A stretch of 64,000 bases of DNA from an uncultured delta proteobacterium (lineage in GTDB: Bacteria > Myxococcota_A > Polyangia > Polyangiales > Polyangiaceae). Under the pieces are notes generated by a model. It saw only the letters and a list, made by a program, of their open reading frames with translations. It searched no databases and had not been told where the DNA came from. The first letter of the stretch is position 1; every line of letters begins with the position of its first letter. Positions 1 to 10,375 of the stretch are shown here, piece after piece. Both the position numbers and the translations under genes were made by a program. Location of the stretch: assembly GCA_963841435.1 (NCBI GenBank), contig CAWJCS010000003.1, forward strand, positions 672,001-736,000, read 5' to 3'.

Positions 1-87
1 GGCGACGACCTCGTGCCCGCGATCGAGCGCGTGCTTCACCATGTACTTTCCGAGCTTTCCCGATGCGCCGACGATGCAGATCCTCAT
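1..87 (-). CDS. NAD(P)H-binding oxidoreductase, N-terminus only (runs off the window)
   Basis: Reverse translation MRICIVGASGKLGKYMVKHALDRGHEVVA carries a Rossmann GxxGxxG motif; AGGGAGAG upstream; divergent from the LysR gene. Confidence 0.85.
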   Translation of the reverse strand, partial: MRICIVGASGKLGKYMVKHALDRGHEVVA

Positions 88-212
88 GCTCTCTCTCCCT
101 TTTCTGCGCCCGAGGCTGCGCTGCCTTTGGGGCGCCGTTCGTGGTGCGGCAACGACTCGAGGTTTACCCATGCAAATCCGTTGGCGGTACCCGCAAAATG
201 TGGGCTTGTGCT

Positions 213-226
213 ATGCATATATGCAT
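213..226. promoter_or_regulatory. Perfect 14-bp palindrome ATGCATATATGCAT, putative LysR operator
   Basis: AT-rich palindrome overlapping the LysR start within a divergent promoter region. Confidence 0.4.
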
Positions 227-1181
227 GCCATGGCGCTCGATTGCCTTCGACTGGAATCACGCGCGGGCCTTCCTCGTGAGCGCCGAAACGGGGTCGTTCT
301 CGGCGGCGGCGCGCGAAATCGGGCTCACGCAGCCGACGCTCGGGCGTCAGGTGGCCGCGCTCGAGGAGGAGCTCGGCGTCACGCTGTTCGAGCGAGTCGG
401 CAAACGCCTCGAGCTCACCACGAGCGGGCTCGAGCTCGTCGAGCACGTGCGGGCGATGGGTGAGGCCGCGTCGCGCGTCTCGCTCGGTGCTGCCGGGCAG
501 TCATCGGCCATCGACGGCATCGTGCGCATCGCAGCGAGCCAGGCGGTGTCGGCCTTCTTGTTACCGCCCATCGTCGGGCGGCTTCGGCGGGATTATCCCG
601 GCATCGAGGTCGAGCTGGTCGTGTCCAACGCGACGAGCGATCTGCGCCGCCGCGAGGCGGACGTCGCCGTCCGTCACTTTCGCCCGAACGATGCGGACCT
701 GGTCGCGCAGCGGGTCAAGGACGAGGGCGCCGCATGGATGTACGCGACACCGGCGTACATCAGGCAGCTCGGCAACCCCAAAACGCCGAGGCAACTCGCG
801 AAGCACGCGGCGATCTTCGGCTTCGACGAGACCCCGCGCCTGCGCTCGCTTTTGAACGACTGGGGGCTCCCGGTCGAGGCGCGAAACTTTCCCGTCCGCA
901 CGGACGATCACCTCGTGCAGTGGGAGCTGGCGAGGCGCGGCATGGGGATCTGCATCATGATGGAGGAGGTCGGGGACGCCGAGCCGCTCGTCAAGCGGCT
1001 CCTGCCGAGCTACCCGCCGCCCGTCACGCTGCCGACCTGGATCACGAGCCACCGCGAGGTGCGCACCAGCCGGCGCATTCGCGTCGTGTTCGATCGACTG
1101 GTCGCGGCGCTCACGCGCGGTGAGGTGAAAGCGAAAGGCGTGGGGATTGGTCGAGGCGACCTCGGTCCCTCACCGAAATGA
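225..1181 (+). CDS. LysR-family transcriptional regulator
   Basis: HTH FDWNHARAFLVSAETGSFSAAAREIGLTQPTLGRQVAALEEELGVTLFER followed by a substrate-binding domain (DLRRREADVAVR). Confidence 0.95.
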   Translation: MPWRSIAFDWNHARAFLVSAETGSFSAAAREIGLTQPTLGRQVAALEEELGVTLFERVGKRLELTTSGLELVEHVRAMGEAASRVSLGAAGQSSAIDGIVRIAASQAVSAFLLPPIVGRLRRDYPGIEVELVVSNATSDLRRREADVAVRHFRPNDADLVAQRVKDEGAAWMYATPAYIRQLGNPKTPRQLAKHAAIFGFDETPRLRSLLNDWGLPVEARNFPVRTDDHLVQWELARRGMGICIMMEEVGDAEPLVKRLLPSYPPPVTLPTWITSHREVRTSRRIRVVFDRLVAALTRGEVKAKGVGIGRGDLGPSPK

Positions 1182-1226
1182 AGCCGAGGCGCGCCGTTCC
1201 ACGGGGGGCCCGGAAACGTACGGCGC

Positions 1227-1658
1227 CTACGAGCGCGCCGGCTCCGCCTCGCAGACGCCCGCGACGGGCTTGACGTTCTTGCCGAGCAGGAACGCCGCCG
1301 GGCGGTACTCGTCGCCGCTCTTCACGAAGAGCTCGCCGGTCTTGCGGTAGGCGCAACCCACGATGTCGCCCTCGTGCCACTCCGCCGAGCCGAAGCGCAC
1401 GTCGACGGCGAAGGGGACGAACGCGCGCCCCCGCTTGTCAACCGACGCGCTCACCTGAAGGACCCGCACGCGGCGCTCGCGGGGGGGCGGCCGGGAGCGG
1501 GAAAAGCGGCTGCTTTCCCGCTGGGCGAGCGGCCGAACGAGCCCTTCCTGGACCCGGTGCTCGACCCAGGCGCCGAGCGACGGCTCAGCGGCCCAGGCGA
1601 GCGACGGGACGAACGACAGAGCGAGCGCGGACCAAAAGAGCGAGCGGAGAGAGTTCAC
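1227..1658 (-). CDS. Secreted hypothetical protein
   Basis: GTG start, signal peptide ending SLAWA; overlaps the 3' end of the upstream membrane protein gene. Confidence 0.7.
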   Translation of the reverse strand: MNSLRSLFWSALALSFVPSLAWAAEPSLGAWVEHRVQEGLVRPLAQRESSRFSRSRPPPRERRVRVLQVSASVDKRGRAFVPFAVDVRFGSAEWHEGDIVGCAYRKTGELFVKSGDEYRPAAFLLGKNVKPVAGVCEAEPARS

Positions 1659-2319
1659 GGCGGATCCTTTCGAACGGAGGGAAGGCGCCCGGCGCAAGAG
1701 ACGCCCGGCGAAACGAAACGAGCTCGGCGATCGCGGCGCTACCGAGCACGGGGCCCCACAGTGCGACGACGTAGGCGAGATCCGGATCGACGCCGGCGGC
1801 ATCGAGCAGAAGGATGAGCACGCGCGAGGTGACCGCGACGCTCATCTGAGCCACGACGTGCCGCATGGCGCGCGCGTGCGACGCGAGGTCTCGACGGCGC
1901 GCCGAAAGGACCCCCGCGATCGTGCACGCCGCCACGATGGCCGCAGAGAGCAGAAAGCCGGCGGTCACGAGGCTCCCGCCCTTGGCGTCGAACGAAAGCA
2001 CGACCCCGGAGGGCACGAGCAAAAAGAGCACGAGCACCCCGGTGAGCCGCCCGAGGTTACGGTGCCACGCGGGCCGTCGCTGCAACGCCCGGGTCATGAG
2101 CAGGAGGCAGAGCGGGAACGAAAAAAGGGCGCTCGCGACGTGGATCCTGAGCGAGGCGAGCCAGAGCGCCTCGAATCGCACCGGGAGCTTCTCGATCACG
2201 AACTGCGGCAGCGTTTCGAAGTCGAAGTACTCGACGCTCGCGGCCGTGATCAACGCCGACCCGACCAGCATGACGAGCAAGAACGACCGGCGGGAAACCT
2301 CCGCCAAAAACCGCCGCAT
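1585..2319 (-). CDS. DUF2306-like multi-pass membrane protein
   Basis: About 6 TM helices; motifs RIHV, WHRNLGR, SHARAMRH. Confidence 0.8.
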   Translation of the reverse strand: MRRFLAEVSRRSFLLVMLVGSALITAASVEYFDFETLPQFVIEKLPVRFEALWLASLRIHVASALFSFPLCLLLMTRALQRRPAWHRNLGRLTGVLVLFLLVPSGVVLSFDAKGGSLVTAGFLLSAAIVAACTIAGVLSARRRDLASHARAMRHVVAQMSVAVTSRVLILLLDAAGVDPDLAYVVALWGPVLGSAAIAELVSFRRASLAPGAFPPFERIRRELSPLALLVRARSVVRPVARLGR

Positions 2320-2561
2320 GCTCCCTTCGACGAACGGACATGCCAAAAGTTTTGGTCGCTCGCCGCCTTCCGGGCTCCGTGAGGCAAGCGAACGAGAAAT
2401 CGACGTTCGGTGGGAAGGGCTCGCACCCGCCGGACGTAGAAAGGCGATTCGGGCGCACGGGGCTCGCTACCCGGAAGCGCTCGAGCGGCTGACGGGGCGC
2501 GCTGCTGCACGGGTCTCGGCGAGAAAGCACGTCGGGCGCACGGCGCTCGGTCGAGCCAGCG

Positions 2562-3865
2562 TCACTGGACCGGCGGCAGGCTTCCGTCGGCGTTGCGCGG
2601 CGCCACCTTGGCTTGTTCCGAGGTGAGCCCCACGCTCGACTGCGGCGAGCAGCTCATCGAGCAAAAGTCGCCACTCGGGTTCGCGCGCACGGCGCAGTCG
2701 GTGGCCACGGGCGCGACGGGGTTGTTGTTGCGCGTGAAGCCGCAAGTCAGGTTCTCGAAGGACGCGTTGTGCGACACCTGATGCGCGGCGCCGCCCTGGT
2801 CGGTGCCGTTCGGCGCGCCGCCGAGCTTGAAGCCGTTGCCGTCGCCCGCCGGGTTCTGGCCGCCCACCTTGCCGTTGGAGAACGCCCAGCAGTTCTCGAT
2901 CACCACGACGTCGTTCGAGGCGAAAAGATCCCAGCCGTCGTCGGCGTTGTTCCACGCCCGGCAGCCGCGGAACACGTTGCCCGGACCGATGCGCAGCTTG
3001 GCGGCGAAGCCGTCGGCGTTCTCCCCACCCGTCGCTCGATCGAAGTTTTCGTACGAATCACAGTTCAAGATGAGATTGTCCGCGCCGTAGGCGTCGTTGC
3101 CCGCCTGGCTCGAGCCCACCGTGATCTGAAGGCCCGTGTCTTCGTTGCCGTGCAGCACGACGTCCTCGATGATGTTGTGCGAGCCGCTGATGGCGATGCC
3201 GTTGTCGCCGGCGTTGGCGACCTCGATGCCGCGGATGTGCCAGTAGTTGCCGCTGAGCTCGATGCCGCGGTTGCTGCTGCCGCGTGGCTGCGACGCGAAG
3301 TCGAGGAGCGGCCGACTGCCGGGCGTCCCGGAGAGCACGATGGGCGCCAGCTCGGTGCCGTTCTTCGTGAGCTGGGCCGTGCTGCCGGACGTGTACGTTC
3401 CGGGTGCCATCCAGATGGTCCTGCCTGCGCTCACCGCTGAGTCTGCGCGATTGAGCGTGCGATACGGCGCTGCCTGAGTGCCGGGATTCGTGTCGTTTCC
3501 GTCGGGCGCGACGTAGATGTCGTCGGGTGAGCCCGCGGTCGCGCCCGCCGCACCGGTTCCGCCGGAAGACGTGCCGGCGCCGGCCGTGCCACCTGGCGAG
3601 ATGCCGCCGCTCGTTCCGCCGGTCGAAGTGCCGCCGGCGCCCGCTCCAGCCGTCGCCATCGACGAGCCGCCGGTGCCTCCGCCCGCGGCGGCGCTTCCGG
3701 CGGTGCCGCTCGCGCCCCCACTGCCCATGCCGCCGCTCCCTGGCGGGGCGCCCCCCGGGACGAGGGTGCTCGACCGTCCGCGCCGCAGCCAGCAACCATG
3801 CCTGCGAGCCAAACGACGAGCGCGCCGCGCAACGTCACCCAAACGCCAGCTCGGTTGTTTTGCAT
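2562..3865 (-). CDS. PL9 pectate lyase-like lipoprotein (parallel beta-helix), frameshift near 3750-3780
   Basis: IYVAPDGND, ENADGFAAK, RAWNNADDGWD, GDGNGFKLGG; lipoprotein signal (MVAGC) lies in the adjacent frame 3431..3865; Gly-rich linker. Confidence 0.88.
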
Positions 3866-4052
3866 CGTGCGCCGTTTGCTTGGGCCCTCACCGAAGAGTT
3901 GCTCTCGCGGGGCTCGGGCGTTCAGCGAATCGTCGGGGCTCGGCGTCGAGCAGCCACGTCCCCGCGTGGTTCCAGACGAGGGTCAAAATTGTAGGTGGCG
4001 GGCGAGCTTTTCAACGCCCGTTCCGGAGGTCGGCCGTGGCGGCGCGAGCGGC

Positions 4053-4313
4053 TCAGCGTCGCCGGCGTCCGCGACGCGCGCCGCGTCGCCTCGAAATGAG
4101 AACGAGGGCCACGATCGGCGCGAGGACGAGACCTGCCAGGCCGGCAAGCGTTCCGAAAACCGCGCTGTCGAAGTCGCGACCGTAAGCGCCGGGCGACGAG
4201 GAGCTCTGGCCATAGAGGAAACCCACGAGCACCGCGAGAACGGGGATCGCGACGACGAGCGCCAGGATGCGCAACGCCCCCGACCGCTTGGGTGGTGGGC
4301 GATGATGATCCAT
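4053..4313 (-). CDS. Small two-TM membrane protein
   Basis: Two hydrophobic helices followed by a basic tail. Confidence 0.55.
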   Translation of the reverse strand: MDHHRPPPKRSGALRILALVVAIPVLAVLVGFLYGQSSSSPGAYGRDFDSAVFGTLAGLAGLVLAPIVALVLISRRRGARRGRRRR

Positions 4314-4413
4314 GAAGCGGGAACTCACCGACCGTCAGGGTACGGCATTTCTGAGCCGAAGGGCGCGGTCGACGCGCCTTATTCGGGGCCACCGAGGTAG
4401 CCTGAGGTCGAGG

Positions 4414-5949
4414 ATGATGCCGTCGAAGCGTTACACGAACCCCGTCGTCCCTGGATTCCATCCCGATCCGAGCGTGTGTCGCGTCGGCACCGATTATTTT
4501 CTGGTGTGCTCGAGCTTCGAATATTTCCCGGGGATACCGATCTTTCAGAGCACCGATCTCGTCAACTGGAACAAAATCGGCCATTGCCTGACGCGTACCG
4601 AGCAGCTCTCGCTCGACGGCTGCGCCGCGTCGGGCGGCATCTGGGCACCGACGATCCGGCATCATCGCGGTGAGTTCTTCGTCACGAGCACGCACAGGGA
4701 AGGCGGGGGCAACTTCATCGTGCGCGCGAGCGACCCCGCGGGGCCCTGGTCGAACCCCAGTTGGGTCGAGCAGCCCGGCATCGATCCCTCGCTGTTCTTC
4801 GACGACGACGGAACCGTGCTGTACACGACGGCGCACTTTGGCGCTTTTCAGAGCGCCATCGACATCGACACGGGCAAGGTGCTCAAGCCGCCGACCCGCG
4901 TGTGGTCGGGAACGGGCGGCCAGCATCCGGAGGGCCCCCATCTTTTGCGCCGGGGCGACGACTACTACCTGCTGCTTGCCGAAGGCGGCACCGAACAGGG
5001 GCACATGGTCACCATGGCACGCAGCAAAACGCCCTGGGGGCCTTTCGAGACCAGTGCGCGCAACCCGCTGCTCACCCATCGCAGCTACCAGAGCCCCATT
5101 CAGATGACGGGCCACGCCGACATCGTGGAGGCGCACGACGGCAGCCATTTCATGGTGTTCCTCGCGACGCGGCCGAACGGCTACCCGCCTTGCTATCACC
5201 TCGGTCGCGAAACGTTCCTCGCCCCGATGCGCTGGGCAGACGACGGCTTCCCCGTGGTGGGCAACCACGGTCGCGTTGCGCTCGAGATGGACTCGAGCCT
5301 GCTCGGCCCCACGCCGCCGGCGGAGCCCGTGCGCGACGACTTCGATGCTCCCGAGCTTTCGCTCGCCTGGACCTTCCTCAGAAAAAATGACCCGAGCACG
5401 TGGTCGCTCGCCGAGCGGCCCGGATGGCTGAGGCTGCGCGGCAACGAAAAGACGCTCGACGACGCCGCAACCCCGGCGTGGGTGGGGCGGCGCCAGCAGC
5501 ACTTCGCCGTCGCCATGCGTACCAGGCTCGAGTTTTCTCCGACCACGGAGCGCGAGGAGGCCGGCCTCGTCGTGCGCATGAACGAGACGCACCACTACGA
5601 GATCTTCGTCACGCGCCGCGCCGGGGAGCCCTGCGTGGTGCTGCGGCGACGCATCGGGTCGCTCGTAGCCGAGACCGCGCGTGAGCCGCTCGACGCGGAG
5701 GCGTTGCGAGCGGGCGTCGTGCTCGCCATCACCGCCGACCGCGACACGTACACCTTCTCGTTCGGCCCCGATCTCGAGCGCACGAGGCCGCTCGGGCGCG
5801 GCGAAACACGCTACCTTTCCACCGAGGTCGCCGGTGGCTTCACCGGGGTTTTCGCCGCCCTCTATGCGACGGGCAGCGGTGAGCCCTGCCGCGGCCCGGC
5901 CGACTTCGACTGGTTCGACTACGTGGTAGAGGACGGCGCAACGCCGTGA
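4414..5949 (+). CDS. GH43 beta-xylosidase/alpha-L-arabinofuranosidase
   Basis: NPVVPGFHPDPS, GIWAPT, IDP, PEGPH and GRETFLAP motifs plus C-terminal beta-sandwich; no signal peptide. Confidence 0.95.
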   Translation: MMPSKRYTNPVVPGFHPDPSVCRVGTDYFLVCSSFEYFPGIPIFQSTDLVNWNKIGHCLTRTEQLSLDGCAASGGIWAPTIRHHRGEFFVTSTHREGGGNFIVRASDPAGPWSNPSWVEQPGIDPSLFFDDDGTVLYTTAHFGAFQSAIDIDTGKVLKPPTRVWSGTGGQHPEGPHLLRRGDDYYLLLAEGGTEQGHMVTMARSKTPWGPFETSARNPLLTHRSYQSPIQMTGHADIVEAHDGSHFMVFLATRPNGYPPCYHLGRETFLAPMRWADDGFPVVGNHGRVALEMDSSLLGPTPPAEPVRDDFDAPELSLAWTFLRKNDPSTWSLAERPGWLRLRGNEKTLDDAATPAWVGRRQQHFAVAMRTRLEFSPTTEREEAGLVVRMNETHHYEIFVTRRAGEPCVVLRRRIGSLVAETAREPLDAEALRAGVVLAITADRDTYTFSFGPDLERTRPLGRGETRYLSTEVAGGFTGVFAALYATGSGEPCRGPADFDWFDYVVEDGATP

Positions 5950-7421
5950 TCGCGTTCGACAACAGCTACGCGCGCCTGCCCGAGCGCTTCTACGCGCGCG
6001 TTGCCGCGACGAAAGCGCCGAGGCCACGCCTCGTGAAGCTCAATCGGGCCCTCGCCGCGCTGATCGGCGCCGACGTCGAGCTGCTCGCGTCGCCGGCGGG
6101 GGCGGACCTGCTCGCCGGCAACGTGGTGCCCGACGGCGCGGAGCCGATCTCGCTCGCCTACGCCGGGCACCAGTTCGGCGGCTTCGTGCCGATGCTCGGT
6201 GACGGACGCGCCATTCTCCTCGGGGAGGTGGTGGGCGCCAACGGGCAGCGCTGGGACGTGCAGCTCAAGGGTGCCGGGCGAACACCCTTTTCGCGACGCG
6301 GCGACGGGCGCGCGGCCCTCGGCCCCGTGCTGCGCGAGTACGTCGTGAGCGAGGCCATGGCAGCCCTCGGCATACCGACGACGCGGGCGCTCGCCGCCGT
6401 CACGACGGGCGAGGACATAGTCCGCGACGGGCTGCTCCCGGGGGCCGTCCTCACGCGCGTCGCCGCGAGCCACATTCGCGTCGGAACGTTTCAGTTCTTC
6501 GCGAACCGTGGCGACCAGGAAGCCCTGCGGATCCTCACGGCGCACGCGCTCGCGCGGCACTACCCGGCCGCCGCGGGCACGGGCAACGACGCCCTCGCCC
6601 TGCTCGAGAAGGTCATCGACGCCCAGGCGGATTTGGTTGCCCGCTGGCTCGGGGTCGGTTTCGTGCACGGCGTGATGAACACCGACAACACGGCCATCTC
6701 GGGCGAAACGCTCGACTTTGGCCCCTGTGCGTTCCTCGACGAATACGACCCCGAAAAGACGTTCAGCTCCATCGACCACGGCGGCCGCTACGCGTTCTCG
6801 AACCAGCCGCGCATCGCGCTCTGGAATCTCGCGCGCCTCGGCGAGGCGCTCCTCCCTCTCGTCTCGCCGAACGTCGACGAAGCCGTTCGCGTCGCGAGCG
6901 AAGCGCTCGCCCGCTATGAGCCGCGCTTCGAACGAGCGCACCTCGACGTGATGCGCGCGAAGCTCGGCCTGACACCCCGGGACGAGGACGCACAAGACGC
7001 GGCGCTCGTCGAGCGTCTGCTCGCGCTGCTCGCCGCTCGGCGGGTCGACTACACGCTCTTCTTCCGCCGTCTGTGCGAGCTCGCCGACGCGTCGTCGGAC
7101 TCGACGCTCGCGCCGCTGTTCGAGGGGGACGAAGGCGCCATTCGCACGTGGCTTTCGGCGTGGCGCCAAAGGCTCGCCGCCGAAGCGGAACCGACGGTCG
7201 CGCGCGTCGCGAGAATGCGCCGCTCCAATCCGGCCTTCATTCCGAGGAATCATCGCGTCGAAGAGGCGATCGAGGCCGCGGTGCGACACGGTGACTTCGA
7301 GCCCTTCGAAACGCTCGTACGAGTCCTCGAGCGGCCCTACGACGACCAGCCCGAGGCCGTCCATCTGGCCGAGCCTCCACGTCCGGAAGAGCGCGTTCTC
7401 CGAACGTTCTGCGGTACGTGA
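5946..7421 (+). CDS. selO: Protein adenylyltransferase SelO (YdiU family)
   Basis: YAGHQFG, LGDGRA, QLKGAGRTPFSRRGDGRA, HGVMNTDN, C-terminal TFCGT; GTGA overlap with GH43. Confidence 0.95.
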   Translation: MIAFDNSYARLPERFYARVAATKAPRPRLVKLNRALAALIGADVELLASPAGADLLAGNVVPDGAEPISLAYAGHQFGGFVPMLGDGRAILLGEVVGANGQRWDVQLKGAGRTPFSRRGDGRAALGPVLREYVVSEAMAALGIPTTRALAAVTTGEDIVRDGLLPGAVLTRVAASHIRVGTFQFFANRGDQEALRILTAHALARHYPAAAGTGNDALALLEKVIDAQADLVARWLGVGFVHGVMNTDNTAISGETLDFGPCAFLDEYDPEKTFSSIDHGGRYAFSNQPRIALWNLARLGEALLPLVSPNVDEAVRVASEALARYEPRFERAHLDVMRAKLGLTPRDEDAQDAALVERLLALLAARRVDYTLFFRRLCELADASSDSTLAPLFEGDEGAIRTWLSAWRQRLAAEAEPTVARVARMRRSNPAFIPRNHRVEEAIEAAVRHGDFEPFETLVRVLERPYDDQPEAVHLAEPPRPEERVLRTFCGT

Positions 7422-7629
7422 CGAGCCGTCCCTCGCCGGTCCGGCTTCCCGCTGACGCTGGATCATTCTCAGCTGCGGCAATCTTCCCCACGCCCCGCCC
7501 GAGCTGCCGCTGCAGATACGCAAATGGATGAGCCGGCCGCGGCCCGCCGCGGACACAACGTGCTCAAGATAGTTGTCGGCGGTCGGTCGTCACATCGGCC
7601 CGGACGTTAGCCGCTTCGAGGTACAGGAC

Positions 7630-9153
7630 ATGAATCGAGCTCGAAATCACTGTCTCGCGATGGCGTCAACCTGCTGCGGGCTCTTCGCGGCCGTTCCCGC
7701 GAGCGCTGCGTCGGTCCAGCAGGTGAGCCGCGCCACCTGGGGCGCGAGCGGGGTTCCGAGCTACGTCAACATGTACATCTACGTACCGGACCAGCTCGCA
7801 GCGAATCCTCCCATCGTGGTCGCCTGCCACTCCTGCGGCACGCCCGTTTCCGGATACGTGAACAGCATCACGGGCATCCAGGCGGGGGCCGACGAGAACG
7901 GCTTCGTCCTCATCCTGCCCGAGGCCACGGGGCAAAACTGCTGGGACGTGGGCTCGACCAAATCGCTCACCCACGACGGTGGGGGCGACACGCAAGCCAT
8001 CGCGCAGATGGTGAAGTACGCGCTACAGAAGTACAGCGGCGACGCTTCGCGCGTGTACGCGATGGGCGGCTCGTCCGGGGCGATGATGACGCAAGCCTTG
8101 ATGGCCGTTTACCCCGATGTCTTCAAGGCCGGGTCGGCGAGGGCGGGTGTTGCGGCGGGCTGCTGGGCCGACGGCTACAGCAGTAGCAACCAGTGGAGCA
8201 ACAACTGCGCGGGAGGCACCACGACGAAGTCCGCGCAGCAGTGGGGAGACCTCGTGCGCTCGATGTATCCCGGCTACATGGGGCACCGTCCGCGCGTCCA
8301 GCTCTTTCACGGCACGGCGGACACGACCATCAACTACAAGAACCTGGCCGAGTCGATCAAAGAGTGGACGAACGTGCTCGGCCTCGACACCGCACCGACC
8401 TCGACCGACACGACGACGACGCCCATCTCCACCTACTCGCGGCAGTTCTGGCAGAACGCCTGCGGCTACACGGTTTTCGAGACGTGGGCAGGCCAGAACG
8501 GCACGCACTCGATGGCGTACGAGCAAGACGCCATCCTCGCCTTCTTCGGTCTCGACACGGCGGGCGGCCCCGATCCGGAGCCCGCCTGTCCACCTGAGGG
8601 CGGTGCCGGTGGCGCGGGAGGCATGGCCGGCGCGGGCGGAATCGGCGGCACCAGCGGCGCCAGCGGGGCGGGCCAAGGTGGTCTCGGCGGCCAGAGCGCA
8701 GGCGGCGCGGGCGCGGGCGCGGCGGCCGGTGGCGGTGGCATCGCGGGAAGCGCGGGTCTCGGCGGCACCGCGGGGGACGTCGGTTCCGGTGGCCTCGCCG
8801 GCTTCGGCGGAGCGAGTGGCGTCGCCGGTACCGCGGGCGGTGGAGCGGGCGCGAGCGCCGGTGTCGGTGGCACGAGCGCCGGCGGTACCGTGGGCAGCGG
8901 CGGCATGGGCGGCGCAGGCGGCAGCGCGACGGGCGGCACCAGCGGCGTCGGAGCAGGCGGGTTGCCGGGCGCGGGCACCGGCGGCAGCGCGGGGAGCGGC
9001 AACCCCGGCGCGAGCACCGCTGTCGAACCCGACGCGAGCGGGTGCGCCTGCGACATCGGGAAGACGAGGTCGAGGCCCGCCTACGGAGCGTTCGCCGCCA
9101 TCGGGTTTGCGCTCCTCGCGTTCCGGCGGCGCCACCGCGGCACGAAGCGCTGA
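7630..9153 (+). CDS. CE1-like / PHB-depolymerase-family esterase with Gly-rich linker and MYXO-CTERM-like tail
   Basis: Signal peptide, [30 protein letters not shown]-terminus SGCAC + TM + RRRHR. Confidence 0.9.
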   Translation: MNRARNHCLAMASTCCGLFAAVPASAASVQQVSRATWGASGVPSYVNMYIYVPDQLAANPPIVVACHSCGTPVSGYVNSITGIQAGADENGFVLILPEATGQNCWDVGSTKSLTHDGGGDTQAIAQMVKYALQKYSGDASRVYAMGGSSGAMMTQALMAVYPDVFKAGSARAGVAAGCWADGYSSSNQWSNNCAGGTTTKSAQQWGDLVRSMYPGYMGHRPRVQLFHGTADTTINYKNLAESIKEWTNVLGLDTAPTSTDTTTTPISTYSRQFWQNACGYTVFETWAGQNGTHSMAYEQDAILAFFGLDTAGGPDPEPACPPEGGAGGAGGMAGAGGIGGTSGASGAGQGGLGGQSAGGAGAGAAAGGGGIAGSAGLGGTAGDVGSGGLAGFGGASGVAGTAGGGAGASAGVGGTSAGGTVGSGGMGGAGGSATGGTSGVGAGGLPGAGTGGSAGSGNPGASTAVEPDASGCACDIGKTRSRPAYGAFAAIGFALLAFRRRHRGTKR

Positions 9154-9235
9154 CGCGAAGCGCGTCAGGTCGCGCCACGGGCGGACGAGCCGAACGCCCC
9201 AGTGGTGCTCGGAGAACAGCACCGTCCGTTCGTCG

Positions 9236-9838
9236 TCAGATCGGCGTCGGTGGCGCCACGGCGCCACCGCCAGACGGCTCGATCGTCGGATAGCGATCGA
9301 CGAGCGACAGGTGGTAACAGAAAAGACGGATCTGGTAGCGAACCGTGAGCTCGAGGAAATCGGCAAGGGCTTCGGGCACGCTCTCTTGCGCCAACACGAA
9401 GACGGCCGAGACCACCCACAGCATGCCGGCGACGAACGAGAGCATCGCGAGCACCACGACTGCCGGAATGCTGTAGAGGATGCGGAGCAATGCCGACGAA
9501 GCGGTCGGCGACCCGCACGGGGAAACCTCGAGCTCCACGGACCCTTCTCGTTCGAGCTCCGGGACGGAGTCGGTGAGCAACCAGAGGTACGCGTACAGGC
9601 CAGCGACCCAGCGCAAGAGGTGCGCGATCTTCGGTGCCTCCTCGCCGAGATAGCGCTCCCGGCCACGTTCCACGATGACCCAGGCGGCCACCGCGGGAAG
9701 CGCGACATAAAGCAGCCAGTAGAGGGAGGAGAAGCCGACCGCGCCGAGAGCCATCAGCAGCACGAGCCGGATCGCGACGTGAACGCGCTTGAGGCGGGTT
9801 GGACGGACGACGTGAAAACGAACCGGGTGCGGGGCCAT
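9236..9838 (-). CDS. DUF4389-like membrane protein
   Basis: Two repeats ending in RWVAGLYAYLWLLTDSVP and RYQIRLFCYHLSLVDRYP. Confidence 0.8.
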   Translation of the reverse strand: MAPHPVRFHVVRPTRLKRVHVAIRLVLLMALGAVGFSSLYWLLYVALPAVAAWVIVERGRERYLGEEAPKIAHLLRWVAGLYAYLWLLTDSVPELEREGSVELEVSPCGSPTASSALLRILYSIPAVVVLAMLSFVAGMLWVVSAVFVLAQESVPEALADFLELTVRYQIRLFCYHLSLVDRYPTIEPSGGGAVAPPTPI

Positions 9839-10375
9839 GATTTTATGGAAGTGCAAGTCCCGGACCGGATCGCGTCAGGCAATTTGGCAGCGCGTACCAG
9901 CGGCGTTGCCAGCAAAAGTTGCAGTCGCTCACCGCACACGGGCCATAGAGCCCCGGCGGGGCGCGCGCGGGCGCCTTGCCGCTGTGGCCTCGCTCGATAG
10001 AGCAGGTGGACTACGAGCGCGCTCGTCCACCAGCGCATCCGGGTGGCCTCCCGAGCGCGAGCGTCCGCGTCGAAGCTCGCCGACCTCCGAAAGTGCCGAT
10101 GCGCTCGCGGCGCTGTGCTCGGTGTCGAGAGCGAACGGGCGTTCCGTCGAGGACTCGAGCCACGCTCGAGTCGCGCACGACGAGAGCAGCCGGCGTCACC
10201 CAGGTCGACGCAGCTCGGCGGCAGCGCTCATAAGTGGACCGAGAGCAGAGCGCGGCGGTCAGAAATTGAGAAGATTCGGCGCGAAAATGAAGTGGTCCGA
10301 AAAAACTGAAAGCCTGAAGGATGCCGGGCCTCCTGGACACGAACGCTGTTTCGCGGAAGGCTCCACGGCGACACC

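Noticed and set aside
10255-10375. Possible c-di-GMP riboswitch in an A-rich leader
   Set aside because: I could not find the GEMM consensus stems. An Rfam/Infernal search would settle it.
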